Origin: Pseudomonadota bacterium
Lineage (GTDB): Bacteria; Pseudomonadota; Gammaproteobacteria; JAKAQQ01
Assembly (NCBI GenBank): GCA_027320085.1
Contig: DAHVLZ010000009.1
Span: forward strand, 1-64,000
Length of the DNA stretch: 64,000 nt
Direction: 5' to 3'
Positions 40,467 to 50,507 of the stretch are shown here, piece by piece. The number at the start of each line of letters is the position of its first letter. Position 1 is the stretch's first letter. The position numbers and the translations under genes were made by a program. The notes below the pieces were generated by a model, which ran no database searches, was not told where the DNA came from, and saw only the letters and a program-made list of their open reading frames with translations.

Positions 40467-41791
40467 ACCCGCCTGATCCAGCAAGTCCCCCGCGGATCCT
40501 CATTGTTGACGATGAACCCGATCTGGTCGAACTGATTGGTCTCACCCTCAAGCGGATGGGGATCCTGAGCGCAAGCGCAGGAACCCTGGAAGACGCGCGA
40601 CGGGAACTACGCGATGGAAAGTACGCGTTCTGTCTCCTTGATCTCAAACTGCCAGATGGCGATGGGTTGGATCTCGTGGAGTGGATCGCCCAAAACACCC
40701 CCGACACCACAGTGGCAGTTCTCACGGCTCATGCCAGCATTGAAATCGCGGTCCGCGCCCTCAAACTCGGCGCTTTCGATTTTTTGACCAAACCGGTCGA
40801 TCTCACCGTGCTTCGGCAACTCGTGACCAGTGCCATCCGCATGGCTCGCGGGCAACCCCTCTCCGGCAACCTCCTGATCGGCGAACACCCGACCATCCAG
40901 GAACTCCGCTCAATGATCCTCCGGGTGGCCCGAAGCCAGGCACCGGTCCACATTCATGGAGAAACCGGCACCGGCAAGGAGCTGGTCAGCCGGCTCATAC
41001 ATGCCAACGGACCCCGCCACGACCGGCCCTTCGTTCCGATCAACTGCGGGGCAATCCCGGGTGAACTACTCGAAAGCGAGTTGTTCGGGTATAAGCGAGG
41101 AGCCTTCACAGGGGCTGTTTCGGATCAACTGGGGCTTATCCGGAGTGCCGAGGGAGGCAGCCTGTTCTTGGACGAGGTCGCCGAGCTTCCTTTGACGATG
41201 CAGGTCAAGCTCCTACGCTTCATGCAGGAAAAAACCATCCGTCCCTTGGGGATGTCGCAAGAGATCCCGGTGGATGTCCGGATCATTTCGGCCTCGCACC
41301 GCAACCTGCACGAAGCCGTAGCCCAGGGCCGTTTCCGCGAGGATTTGTACTACCGGCTGGTTGTGATCGAGATGTTCGTGCCGCCGTTGAGGAAACGACT
41401 GGATGACATCGCGCAAATTGCCCCTGCACTGGTTGCCCGCCTGGCTTTGGACCGACCCATCACGCTGGCACCAGACGCCCTGTCACGACTCCAGTCCTAC
41501 GACTATCCGGGCAATATCCGCGAACTGGAAAATATCCTGGAACGGGCACTCACCCTCTGTGAAGGTGAAGTGATCCATGGGGACGACATCCGACTGCGAA
41601 AAACCGAGCGGACCCCGATTCCCGAACGGGCGGACCTGCGTCCCCTGCCCGCGTACCTTGAGGAGGTCGAGAAGGAACGCATCCTTCAGGCCCTGCGCGA
41701 AAGCCAGGGCAACAAGACCGCGGCAGCGCACCATTTGGGCATCAGTTTCCGGCAGTTCCGCTACCGGCTCAAAAAACTCGGCATCGATTAA
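40463..41791 (+). CDS. pilR: PilR sigma54-dependent response regulator
   Basis: REC domain, [14 protein letters not shown]...GAFTGA, C-terminal [17 protein letters not shown]. Confidence 0.9.
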   Translation: MNPPDPASPPRILIVDDEPDLVELIGLTLKRMGILSASAGTLEDARRELRDGKYAFCLLDLKLPDGDGLDLVEWIAQNTPDTTVAVLTAHASIEIAVRALKLGAFDFLTKPVDLTVLRQLVTSAIRMARGQPLSGNLLIGEHPTIQELRSMILRVARSQAPVHIHGETGTGKELVSRLIHANGPRHDRPFVPINCGAIPGELLESELFGYKRGAFTGAVSDQLGLIRSAEGGSLFLDEVAELPLTMQVKLLRFMQEKTIRPLGMSQEIPVDVRIISASHRNLHEAVAQGRFREDLYYRLVVIEMFVPPLRKRLDDIAQIAPALVARLALDRPITLAPDALSRLQSYDYPGNIRELENILERALTLCEGEVIHGDDIRLRKTERTPIPERADLRPLPAYLEEVEKERILQALRESQGNKTAAAHHLGISFRQFRYRLKKLGID

Positions 41792-41885
41792 GTGGATCCG
41801 ACGAACCGGTCCTCACCGTGCGCATCAGCCACACGTGGATCAATCCGATTTTTTAAATCAGAAATTCAAAACCTGGGGGGGCGGT

Positions 41886-44324
41886 TCATGTTCCGGGGAG
41901 CGCGGTCCCGGTTTCAAGCCAGGACCGGAGCCCTGTCCAGGCCGCCTGGATCTCCCTGCTTTCCGGTTCGCTGAGGAGTCCCCGGGCCACCGCCTGGGAG
42001 AGAATCTCCTGGGGGGTCGCCCCACCAATCAATCCCTGCTCAACTGCGACCCGGAGCCGTGAAACTATGGGCACCACTGCGGCCAAGCTCTCGAAAAGCC
42101 CCTTTCCGGATCCCAGTGGAGCATCCTCGGTCCGGGGGCGGAGATACAGCAGGGTATTCCGCCCGGCGCCGGGAAAACGAACCAGGTCAGCGAGCGCCAT
42201 CCGGCTGGCACGGGGACTTGAGCGACGGCGCAATCTCCTGAACAGAATGAGATGAACCCAGCTTCTCAGGTGACCGGGGGGAAACTCGGCACGGACCCGA
42301 TCAATCGCCTCCTCCATTCGTCCCATACATCCGCCGAGCCTCGTGGCTTCAACCGTCCGGAGCGGATCATCCGACGGGCGCTGCCGCCAGTTCTCCAAGG
42401 ACTGACTCGCGGAAAACCCTTCCGACAGCGCCTGGCAGGCTGCCTCGATCATCTTTCCCTTCGATGGCCCTTCCATCAAACCCTCGCCGGTCAGGTAGTA
42501 GGCATCCAGGAGAAAGGAGAAAACCGAGGAGGCACGGGCCAGGCGACGCGCCGCCTGCAGGCCGGTCCGGTCCCGCTGACCCGTTCTCAGGGGCAACACC
42601 AGTGGGAGCAAAGTCCGGATCAGGGCCCGGGTGGCATGATGCAGAAACCGCCCGACATGTGCAGTCATCAATCGGTCGAACTGTTCTTCTCCCGCTTTGG
42701 CGAGCGTCTTTTGAAGCGCCTGCCGTTCCTGGCTAGCCATACCATGCAGCGCGGCGAGCAATCCGTCCGGGTCCCGCTCATCCCGCTGGCCGGTTCCGGA
42801 AAAGAGACCGGCCTCAATCCAGAGGATGAGCCGGGCCCGCTCCTCGGTCAGGCGTCCGAAAGGCCCGGCAAGACCCGGAGCACCCAAGATAGCGGCGTGC
42901 CCCCGCAACAGGCGGGAGAGCAGATCGGGTGCGTCATCCGGATCAAAAACGGATAGTTCCACCGGCCGGCCGAACGGTTCCTGCCAGTACAGGAGCTCCG
43001 CATGGACACGCTGATCGACTGCCCAGACCATCTCCACCCCTGCCGCCAGGTCGGCTGGACGGGGCGGAGCCACCGATTGGGATCCGGCCTCGAGGAATGT
43101 CGTCCAGCGGCTGGCCTCATCGAGAAAGGCCTGGGCCACACCCAGCGTCATGGCCCGTCGATTGAGTTCCATACGATCCCGGAAAAAGCGGCGGAAGGAT
43201 TCCAGCGGGTCACGATTCATCGCCGCCCCCTGGACCACGAGAATCTGATCCCAAGGCAGGAAGGTTGGGGTCATCCGAAGCCGGTAGGCCTCGAGTCCCC
43301 CACGACGCGCCATGAGATGCCAATCCAAGCACGGATTTGCACGATCGAGAAGCGCAATCGCCACCCGCGGTTGATCTCCCCGGTCATCCAGGAGGTGCTG
43401 CGGGTCGGACAGGCGGAAGGCCAGCAGCACAAGATCGATGCCCTCGGCCATCCAGGTTCCCCATTGTTCGCCCCCAAGCCTGACCCCCAGCACGTTGTCA
43501 CGCTCACCGAAGCGTGCCCGCTCCACCACACCTCCTCCGGGTCGCAGGGCATGCTCCGAGGGTGTCCAGTCCACCAGTGCAGCCACGCTTTCACCCGTGG
43601 CCAGCCGGTCGAGGACCGGCGGTGCGGGAGCCTGCCCGGCCAATAAGGCCAGCAACTCGTAACTGCCGGAAAAGACGGTCCGGGCGGCCAACAGCGCCCA
43701 CGCGGGTTCCCGTGCTGCAAGCTGAGCCAGAACGCGCATCTTGCCCGCCATCGAAATCGCAGGGCCCCGAGCCTCCCGAGAAAGCACCAACCGCCATAAT
43801 CCGAGATCGGCAAAGGCACTGGCCCAGCCCCCGCTCCGCGGAGCGAGATCCCGCGCCGGCAACGATTGCAGGCAGGCCTCGAGCCTTTCGGGAAAGGATT
43901 CGAGCCATGCTCGCTCTTCCTCGTTCGGGGCCGGGGGCGAGGTCCGAGGCGGGGCTCGTGCAAGCCGCAGATGGTCTGTCGCGAAATCGGCAAACCAACC
44001 AATCGTGGGTTCGATGGAGAGCCTTGACCCGAGGTTGGACGGAAGGACCCGCTGGCGATACCGGTGGTAGAGGCGGCCGGTCACGATCCACCTCCGGAGT
44101 TCCGGCAGATTGACCGCCAACAGGAAAGAGAGGATCAGGATCCAGACCAGAAGCAGGTTGAACCAGGCCGTCTGCCAAAAGATCGTGGCCCCGAACAGGA
44201 GGAGCATCAAGCCCGATCCCCAAAGCCAGCGCGACCAGCCCCAGTAGAGGGCAAAGACCATGCCGACCAGTGCCAGTCCGAGCCAAAACCCACCGAATGA
44301 CCAGAGGGGAACCATCTGAGTCAC
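41886..44324 (-). CDS. Highly diverged FadE-like acyl-CoA dehydrogenase homologue
   Basis: 812 aa, N-terminal TM segments; VLGVRL...LAFRLSDPQHLL and RRLARASSVFSFLLD match FadE by eye, but the FALT.P.AGSDA and NK.YIT motifs are lost. Confidence 0.7.
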   Translation of the reverse strand: MTQMVPLWSFGGFWLGLALVGMVFALYWGWSRWLWGSGLMLLLFGATIFWQTAWFNLLLVWILILSFLLAVNLPELRRWIVTGRLYHRYRQRVLPSNLGSRLSIEPTIGWFADFATDHLRLARAPPRTSPPAPNEEERAWLESFPERLEACLQSLPARDLAPRSGGWASAFADLGLWRLVLSREARGPAISMAGKMRVLAQLAAREPAWALLAARTVFSGSYELLALLAGQAPAPPVLDRLATGESVAALVDWTPSEHALRPGGGVVERARFGERDNVLGVRLGGEQWGTWMAEGIDLVLLAFRLSDPQHLLDDRGDQPRVAIALLDRANPCLDWHLMARRGGLEAYRLRMTPTFLPWDQILVVQGAAMNRDPLESFRRFFRDRMELNRRAMTLGVAQAFLDEASRWTTFLEAGSQSVAPPRPADLAAGVEMVWAVDQRVHAELLYWQEPFGRPVELSVFDPDDAPDLLSRLLRGHAAILGAPGLAGPFGRLTEERARLILWIEAGLFSGTGQRDERDPDGLLAALHGMASQERQALQKTLAKAGEEQFDRLMTAHVGRFLHHATRALIRTLLPLVLPLRTGQRDRTGLQAARRLARASSVFSFLLDAYYLTGEGLMEGPSKGKMIEAACQALSEGFSASQSLENWRQRPSDDPLRTVEATRLGGCMGRMEEAIDRVRAEFPPGHLRSWVHLILFRRLRRRSSPRASRMALADLVRFPGAGRNTLLYLRPRTEDAPLGSGKGLFESLAAVVPIVSRLRVAVEQGLIGGATPQEILSQAVARGLLSEPESREIQAAWTGLRSWLETGTALPGT

Positions 44325-44989
44325 TGGGGGGCGTCGGGTTGGTGGTCGGGGTGGGTCAGGGCGAACGCTTCGAGTTCATAGCAGGCTCGTTCTACCCGAC
44401 ACAGTCGGGGGTATGGTGCAAGCTCAACCTCGTAACGCCGGGCGTTGTAAAGCTGGGGTACGAGGCAAACATCGGCCAGAGTCGGTGTCTCACCCCAGCA
44501 AAAGCGATCGTCGGGGCGGATTCGCGAAATCTCGAGTTCGAGGGCTTCCAGTCCGAGGATGACCCAGTGACGGTACCAGACCCGGCGGGCAGGCTCGGGC
44601 TGGTGCAACTCACGCTCCAGATACTGGAGGACCCGCAAGTTGTTGAGCGGATGGATGTCGCAGGCAATGGCTTGGGCCCAGCTCCGGACCTGCGCCCGGG
44701 CAACCGGGTCCCGGGGCAGGAGAGGGGGGGCCGGGTGGCTTTCTTCGAGGTATTCGAGAATTGCCATCGACTGGGTCAGCACAAGCTTTTGATCAATCAG
44801 GGTCGGAACGAGTCCAAGCGGGTTGAGGGCACGGTAAGCCTGGGTGTGCTGTTCGCCACCGTCACGAAGGAGATGCACGCCATGATGGATGGCTTGGATT
44901 CCCTTGTAACGGAGTCCGATCCGGACCCGCCAGGCGGCCGAACTACGGAAGTAGCCGTAGAGTTCCAGACCGGAATCAGGCGCGGACAA
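44321..44989 (-). CDS. maiA: Maleylacetoacetate isomerase (GST zeta)
   Basis: LYGYFRSSAAWRVRI, QSMAILEYLEE, ACDIHPLNNLRVL, HPDHQPDA. Confidence 0.94.
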   Translation of the reverse strand: MSAPDSGLELYGYFRSSAAWRVRIGLRYKGIQAIHHGVHLLRDGGEQHTQAYRALNPLGLVPTLIDQKLVLTQSMAILEYLEESHPAPPLLPRDPVARAQVRSWAQAIACDIHPLNNLRVLQYLERELHQPEPARRVWYRHWVILGLEALELEISRIRPDDRFCWGETPTLADVCLVPQLYNARRYEVELAPYPRLCRVERACYELEAFALTHPDHQPDAPQ

Positions 44990-45953
44990 TGTTCTGCTCG
45001 ATGGCACCGAAAACGGAGCGGCCATCCCGGTCATGCATTTCGATACGGATCCGGTCCCCAAAACGGAGAAAGGGCGTTTGGGGTTCCCCGCCGGACAGGA
45101 TCTCGAGCACCCGTCGCTCCGCGAGACAGGAACAACCTCGGGCTGGATCCTGGTTCGCCACGGTTCCCGAGCCCACGAGTGTCCCGGCTCCAAGCGGCCG
45201 TGTCCGGGCGGCATGGGCAACGAGCTCATCAAAACCGAACTGCATATCCACCCCCGCATCCGGATCTCCGAGCCGGATGCCGTTGATCGTGGAACAAAGT
45301 GGACGATGGACCCGGGCATCGGTCCAGTCAGTGCCGAACTCGTCCGGCGTCACCGCCACCGCCGCCAGTGAAGACAGGGGTTTCCCCTGGAGAAAACCGA
45401 AACCCTTGGCCAGTTCGCCGGGAATGAGGTTGCGCAGTGAAACATCGTTGATGAGGGTGATCAGCCGGATATGCGACCGCGCGGCCGATGGTGAAACTCC
45501 CATCGGAACATCGTCCACTATCACACCCACTTCGGCCTCGAGATCAATGCCGTAGGACTCATCGGCCACGGCAACGGGTTCATGGGGTCCCAGGAAGCGG
45601 TCACTCACCGCCTGGTACATCAGGGGATCGACCTTGAAACTGGGAGGCATCTCCGCACCCCGGGCCCGACGCACCCGTTCGACATGAGCCAGATAGGCAC
45701 TGCCATCAACAAACTGGAAAGCACGGGGCAGACAAGCGCCGACCGTCGTGCCGGGAAAGGGCTCGCCTCCCTCCTGGTCCCGTTCGAGGGCGTCCGCCAC
45801 ACGGCGCAAATCCGGCTCGACCTGTACCCACTGTTCGAGTGCCTGAAGGAGCGAGCCGGCGATTTCCGGGACTCGGCGGATCCGGGTCAGGTCGGTCGAA
45901 ACGACGACGAGCGAACCATCGCGCCCATCCCCCGCCACACTCGCCAGCTTCAA
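44976..45953 (-). CDS. Fumarylacetoacetate hydrolase-family protein
   Basis: RDGSLVVVS, DGSAY, NDVSLRNLIP.ELAKGFGF.Q.K, GSGTV; lies between hmgA and maiA. Confidence 0.92.
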   Translation of the reverse strand: MKLASVAGDGRDGSLVVVSTDLTRIRRVPEIAGSLLQALEQWVQVEPDLRRVADALERDQEGGEPFPGTTVGACLPRAFQFVDGSAYLAHVERVRRARGAEMPPSFKVDPLMYQAVSDRFLGPHEPVAVADESYGIDLEAEVGVIVDDVPMGVSPSAARSHIRLITLINDVSLRNLIPGELAKGFGFLQGKPLSSLAAVAVTPDEFGTDWTDARVHRPLCSTINGIRLGDPDAGVDMQFGFDELVAHAARTRPLGAGTLVGSGTVANQDPARGCSCLAERRVLEILSGGEPQTPFLRFGDRIRIEMHDRDGRSVFGAIEQNIVRA

Positions 45954-45992
45954 ACCGGACTCCCTCTGGAAATGCTGAGACGCCCCATCGGT

Positions 45993-47117
45993 TCAGGGTT
46001 TCTTCCACGAATCGGCATACTCCGGCCATTCAATGGCATGGGCGGCTTCTCCCACTTCCAAGGGATCACGCGCGTCCACATTGACCGCCACTTCATTGGT
46101 TCCCGCCGCCTTGGGCTCGAAAATGTTCTTGAGCGCCTTGGGATGAGGACCGTGCGTCACGCCGGAGGGGTGCAGGGTCATCATGCCGGGGTGGATGTTG
46201 TCCCGCGAGAAAAATTCCCCCGCATGGTAGAAGATGATCTCGTCGTAATCCTCGTTGCTGTGAAAGAAAGGAACCTTGATCGCCTTGGGGTCCGTCTCGA
46301 AGGGACGGGGCACGAAAGTGCAGATCACGAAGCGTTCAGACACAAATGTGGTATGTGCGGAGGGTGGGACATGATAGCGATGGCTCATGACCGGTCGGAT
46401 ATCCCGCCAGTTGAGCCGGATCGGCGCATTGGTTCCATGCCAGCCAACTGCATCCAGAGGATTGAAAGGATAGTGGATCCGGGACAACTGGTGGCGTTTT
46501 TTCACAACGACCGTCCAGGGATCTTCCGTCTGCTGCTGCCGGAAGGCCTCATCCATGCGGGGATGGTCCAGCACGGCCGGGTCGTAGAGCGCGGTGGGAC
46601 CCAGGAGCCCCCGATCCGGCAGGCTCAGGGCCTGATTGGTGGCCTCGATCAGGAGGAGCGTGACCGGTCCTCCGGCCTCAAACCGCCAGAGCGTGCCCCG
46701 CGGAACCACGACATAGTCTCCCGCAACCAGTGTCAAATGCCCATAGTCACAGAACCATTCCAGCGTTCCTTCGTGCACGAAAAGAAGCTCGTCCCCATCG
46801 CTGTTGCGCACCAGATGATCCATCGAACGGTCCGACTTCCAAAAGCGGAAGCGGAGCGCCGGGTTGCCGAATAACACGGCCGCCTCCATCGGTGAGGGGG
46901 GGGTGTGGTTGATCCGGGTGCCATCGAACGCGCGCGGACGCAACGGCCCCTCGAAACGGGACCATCCGGTAGGCGGGTGCCGGTGATACATGAGGCTGAC
47001 CGGCCCGTAAAACCCCTCCCGGCCGAGCTCACGCTCATAGCTGCCGGATGGAAGATCCGTATGGGCCTGTCGGGACGTTTCCCCTTCAATCCAGGTGGGC
47101 GCGTTCGATTGAGTCAT
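45993..47117 (-). CDS. hmgA: Homogentisate 1,2-dioxygenase
   Basis: RNSDGDEL.F.H.G, PLDAVGWHG, VPFFHSN.DYDE..FYH, THGPHP. Confidence 0.92.
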   Translation of the reverse strand: MTQSNAPTWIEGETSRQAHTDLPSGSYERELGREGFYGPVSLMYHRHPPTGWSRFEGPLRPRAFDGTRINHTPPSPMEAAVLFGNPALRFRFWKSDRSMDHLVRNSDGDELLFVHEGTLEWFCDYGHLTLVAGDYVVVPRGTLWRFEAGGPVTLLLIEATNQALSLPDRGLLGPTALYDPAVLDHPRMDEAFRQQQTEDPWTVVVKKRHQLSRIHYPFNPLDAVGWHGTNAPIRLNWRDIRPVMSHRYHVPPSAHTTFVSERFVICTFVPRPFETDPKAIKVPFFHSNEDYDEIIFYHAGEFFSRDNIHPGMMTLHPSGVTHGPHPKALKNIFEPKAAGTNEVAVNVDARDPLEVGEAAHAIEWPEYADSWKKP

Positions 47118-47131
47118 GGCGGCTCCTTAGA

Positions 47132-48184
47132 TCACAGTCGACCCCGTCGTTCCTGATCACGCTCCATGGCCAGGAACAGGGCGCGGAAGTTGCCTTCACC
47201 GAAACCCTCGTTGCCCTTGCGCTGGATGATTTCGAAGAAGATGGGGCCGACGACGGGCTCCGTGAAGATCTGGAGAAGAATCTTCCCGCGATCCTCGGGA
47301 TCGGCATCGATCAACAACTGGTCCCGCTCCAGACGTTTGAGATCCTGGCCATGCTGGGGAATCCGTTCGGGCACCATCTCGTAGTAGGCTGCCGGAGTCG
47401 CGAGGAAGCGGATGCCCGCCTGACCCAGCGATTCGACCGTCTGGTAGATGTCCGCCGTTCCGAGCGCGATATGCTGGATTCCCGGCCCCCGGTAGTCCCT
47501 GAGAAACTCGGCAATCTGGGACTTGTCGTCGGCGGACTCGTTGATGGGGATCCGGACCCGGCCGTCCGGGCTGGTCAGGGCACGGGAGAGAAGCCCGGTT
47601 TTCACACCCTTGATATCGAAATAATGCACTTCATGGAAATTGAAGATCCGCTCGTAGAAAGAGGCCCAGACATCCATCTGTCCCCTCTCCACGTTGTGGG
47701 TGAGATGGTCGATCGTCAGGATCCCCCGACCCCGGACCCGGTCGGGCGGAACGGCGAGTGGCTCATAGTCCGCCTCGTAGGCGCGGTCTCCACCGTAACG
47801 CTCGACCAGGTAGAGCAGGGATCCCCCCACACCCTCGATGACCGGCGTATCCAGGGCGTAATCACGGGACAGGGGAACCGGTCGTGCCCCCAAGGCCACT
47901 GCCCGGGCGGCAGCTTGACGGGCGTCACGAACACGGAGGGCGAATCCACAGGCGGATGGACCGTGCGCTTGCGCAAATCCGGCGGCAAAGCCCGACGGTT
48001 CCTCGTTCAAGAGCAGGTTGGCATCGCCCTGCTGGTACCGGGTGATCCTGAGATGGCGGTGCCGGGCGGTGGGGACAAAGCCCAGCGCTTCAAAAAGGGC
48101 GCGCAAGGGTGCCGGATCGGCAGCTGTAAACTCGACGAATTCGAAACCGTCTGTTCCGAGCGGATTATCATGTTTCGCGGTCAT
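47132..48184 (-). CDS. hppD: 4-hydroxyphenylpyruvate dioxygenase
   Basis: NPLGTDGFEFVEF, IDHLTHNV, GIQHIAL, FFEIIQRKGNEGFGEGNF. Confidence 0.97.
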   Translation of the reverse strand: MTAKHDNPLGTDGFEFVEFTAADPAPLRALFEALGFVPTARHRHLRITRYQQGDANLLLNEEPSGFAAGFAQAHGPSACGFALRVRDARQAAARAVALGARPVPLSRDYALDTPVIEGVGGSLLYLVERYGGDRAYEADYEPLAVPPDRVRGRGILTIDHLTHNVERGQMDVWASFYERIFNFHEVHYFDIKGVKTGLLSRALTSPDGRVRIPINESADDKSQIAEFLRDYRGPGIQHIALGTADIYQTVESLGQAGIRFLATPAAYYEMVPERIPQHGQDLKRLERDQLLIDADPEDRGKILLQIFTEPVVGPIFFEIIQRKGNEGFGEGNFRALFLAMERDQERRGRL

Positions 48185-48212
48185 GCAGATCTCGCCATCG
48201 GGTCTTGGCCCC

Positions 48213-48218
48213 ATTATA
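48213..48218 (-). promoter_or_regulatory. Putative internal -10 box for hppD
   Basis: TATAAT in the 45-bp kynA-hppD gap. Confidence 0.4.
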
Positions 48219-48229
48219 GCGGTCGGGCC

Positions 48230-49078
48230 TCACGCACCATCGCCACCCCCATAGAGGCTCGATCTAACTGCTCGAATTTCAGGGAAAAATCTCAGACTTA
48301 ACGTCGTCTCCAGAAATCCGACCCCGCTCGTGCCTCCGGTCCCCGGCAAATCCCCGATCGTGCGTTCGACCGCACGTACATGGCGAAAGCGCCAGAGCTG
48401 GATGGCTTCCTCTAAATCCATGAACTTTTCGGCTGTCTCGTAGACCTCCCAGTGTTTTTCCGGATTCCGGTAAACCTCGGCCAGAACCTCCCGGATGCGT
48501 GGATCCACTCCCGTGGCTGCCCGCTCGGGCCCATCGGCCGGGATCGGATAACCTGCCCGGGCCAGGGCTGCGATGAACCGGTCATACACGCTCGGCCGTG
48601 TGTGCCAGCGGGCGAGGAGATCCTGGCCCGCCCCCGGCACGGCCTGCCATGCCGGCGCGGCGGGCTCGCGGTAACCCAATGCGTACTCGACGGCCCTGAA
48701 CTGGAAGGACTGCGAGCCGGATGCCTGACCCAGCCCACCGCGAAAGAGTCGGTAATCGCTCGGGGTCATGGTCTCGAGCACCTGCCAGATTCCAGACAGT
48801 TGCCCGAAGACGACCTCGCATCGGGACAATCGCTTGCAGGCAGCCAAGAGTTGGCCCTGGTCAAAATCAGCGATGGCCTGGTCCAGCTCATGGAGGACGA
48901 GCTTGAACCAGAGTTCCGAGATCTGGTGGACCAGAATAAAGAGGAGCTCGTCGCTGGCCTTGATCGCGGAACGCGGTTCCTGGAGGGCCAGCAAGCGCTC
49001 GAGTGCAAGATATTCTGGATAGCTTCCGGCGGGCTGTACCGGACACTGGCCCGTTTCACCGGAAATCGGTTTAGTCAT
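48230..49078 (-). CDS. kynA: Tryptophan 2,3-dioxygenase
   Basis: DELLFILVHQ.SELWFK, L.TMTP.DY..FR, VERTIG..PGTGGTSG; AGGAGG RBS. Confidence 0.94.
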   Translation of the reverse strand: MTKPISGETGQCPVQPAGSYPEYLALERLLALQEPRSAIKASDELLFILVHQISELWFKLVLHELDQAIADFDQGQLLAACKRLSRCEVVFGQLSGIWQVLETMTPSDYRLFRGGLGQASGSQSFQFRAVEYALGYREPAAPAWQAVPGAGQDLLARWHTRPSVYDRFIAALARAGYPIPADGPERAATGVDPRIREVLAEVYRNPEKHWEVYETAEKFMDLEEAIQLWRFRHVRAVERTIGDLPGTGGTSGVGFLETTLSLRFFPEIRAVRSSLYGGGDGA

Positions 49079-49421
49079 GGGTTATCACCTCCTGCTCATG
49101 CTACCGCAAACCCACAGGTGAACCGCTGGCTGGGGTTGGGTGAGGCCCATCCCCGTTGGGAAGCATCCCACCCCGCACTCGGCCTGCCGACGGACCCTTC
49201 GGATTCCACACATGTACGCCCTTCGAAGACACCTCGGATCACATCCATTGCCGATCGCTCGCTATTGGCAGCACACGCCATCGCCAGGCAATTGGATCAC
49301 TGGGTGTGAGATGAAAATGCATAGACTCACCCGAAGGCCGCAATTGCCCGATCCTGCCGGCCGCGCCCGCCATGTCCGCACCGTTCTATAATGTGCGGCG
49401 TCTGCCTGCTGGAGAGAGGCT

Positions 49422-50507
49422 TTGTCCATAACGACCGCAGCCCGATTTGAAATCAAGTACCGCTCGTATCTCACCCCGGAGGGGCGGCTTGTGGGCACCC
49501 CACCCGCGATCGCATCAGACGCCGATTTGCTCAAGCGGCTCTACCGCATGATGGTTCTTGTCCGGATCTTCGATAGCAAGGCCATTGCCCTCCAGCGGAC
49601 AGGACAACTGGGGACCTATGCCTCCTGCCTCGGTCATGAGGCCACCCATGTCGCCACTGGGGCCGCGATGAGGCCGGAGGATGTTTTTTTCCCCATGTAT
49701 CGAGAATACGGCACCCAACTCTGGCGCGGGGTCCACATGGAGGAAATTCTGGCGTTCTGGGGTGGCGATGAGCGGGGAACCGCATTCCAGAACCAGCCGC
49801 TCGATTTCCCATGGGCGGTTCCAATCGCCACGCAAACCCTTCACGCGGCTGGTGCGGCCTTGGCCTTCAAGTTGCGGGGGGAAAAGCGGGTGGCGGTTAC
49901 CGTCATCGGGGACGGCGGCACTTCCCAAGGGGACTTCTACGAGTCCCTGAATGCGGCCGGTGCCTTTCGGCTGCCTGCGGTATTCGTGATTGTCAATAAT
50001 CAATGGGCGATTTCGGTTCCACTGAAAGCACAAACCGCCTGCGAGACCCTGGCCCAGAAGGCCATTGCCGCAGGGCTGCCCGGCGTCCAGGTCGACGGCA
50101 ACGACGTGCTCGCAGTCCACGAAGCGGTCACCGAAGCCGTGGAACGGGCCCGTACCGGGGACGGAGCCAGTGTGATCGAGGCCTTGACCTACCGGCTGTC
50201 CGACCACACGACGGCGGACGATGCCCGGCGTTATCGGTCCGCCGCTGAAGTGGAAGACGCCCAGAAGAAAGAGCCCATTGGAAGGCTCAAGCGCCTGCTC
50301 ATGGCCCGCAAGCTATGGAGTGATGAGGAGGAAAAGACCTTGATCCAAGACTGTCAGCACCAGGTCGATGCGGCTGTCCAAGCCTACCAAGCCTACGGCA
50401 AGCCTCCCCGCTCCGACATGTTTGACTATACCTTCGCCGAACTCCCCGAATCACTCCAGGCTGAGCGTGCGAAAGCCCTCGCCGAGGAGGGATCCCACCA
50501 TGGCTAA
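49422..50507 (+). CDS. pdhA: 2-oxoacid (pyruvate or branched-chain) dehydrogenase E1 alpha
   Basis: LQRTGQLGTY, GDGGTSQGD...NNQWAIS (TPP motif), YRLSDHTTADD. Confidence 0.9.
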   Translation: MSITTAARFEIKYRSYLTPEGRLVGTPPAIASDADLLKRLYRMMVLVRIFDSKAIALQRTGQLGTYASCLGHEATHVATGAAMRPEDVFFPMYREYGTQLWRGVHMEEILAFWGGDERGTAFQNQPLDFPWAVPIATQTLHAAGAALAFKLRGEKRVAVTVIGDGGTSQGDFYESLNAAGAFRLPAVFVIVNNQWAISVPLKAQTACETLAQKAIAAGLPGVQVDGNDVLAVHEAVTEAVERARTGDGASVIEALTYRLSDHTTADDARRYRSAAEVEDAQKKEPIGRLKRLLMARKLWSDEEEKTLIQDCQHQVDAAVQAYQAYGKPPRSDMFDYTFAELPESLQAERAKALAEEGSHHG

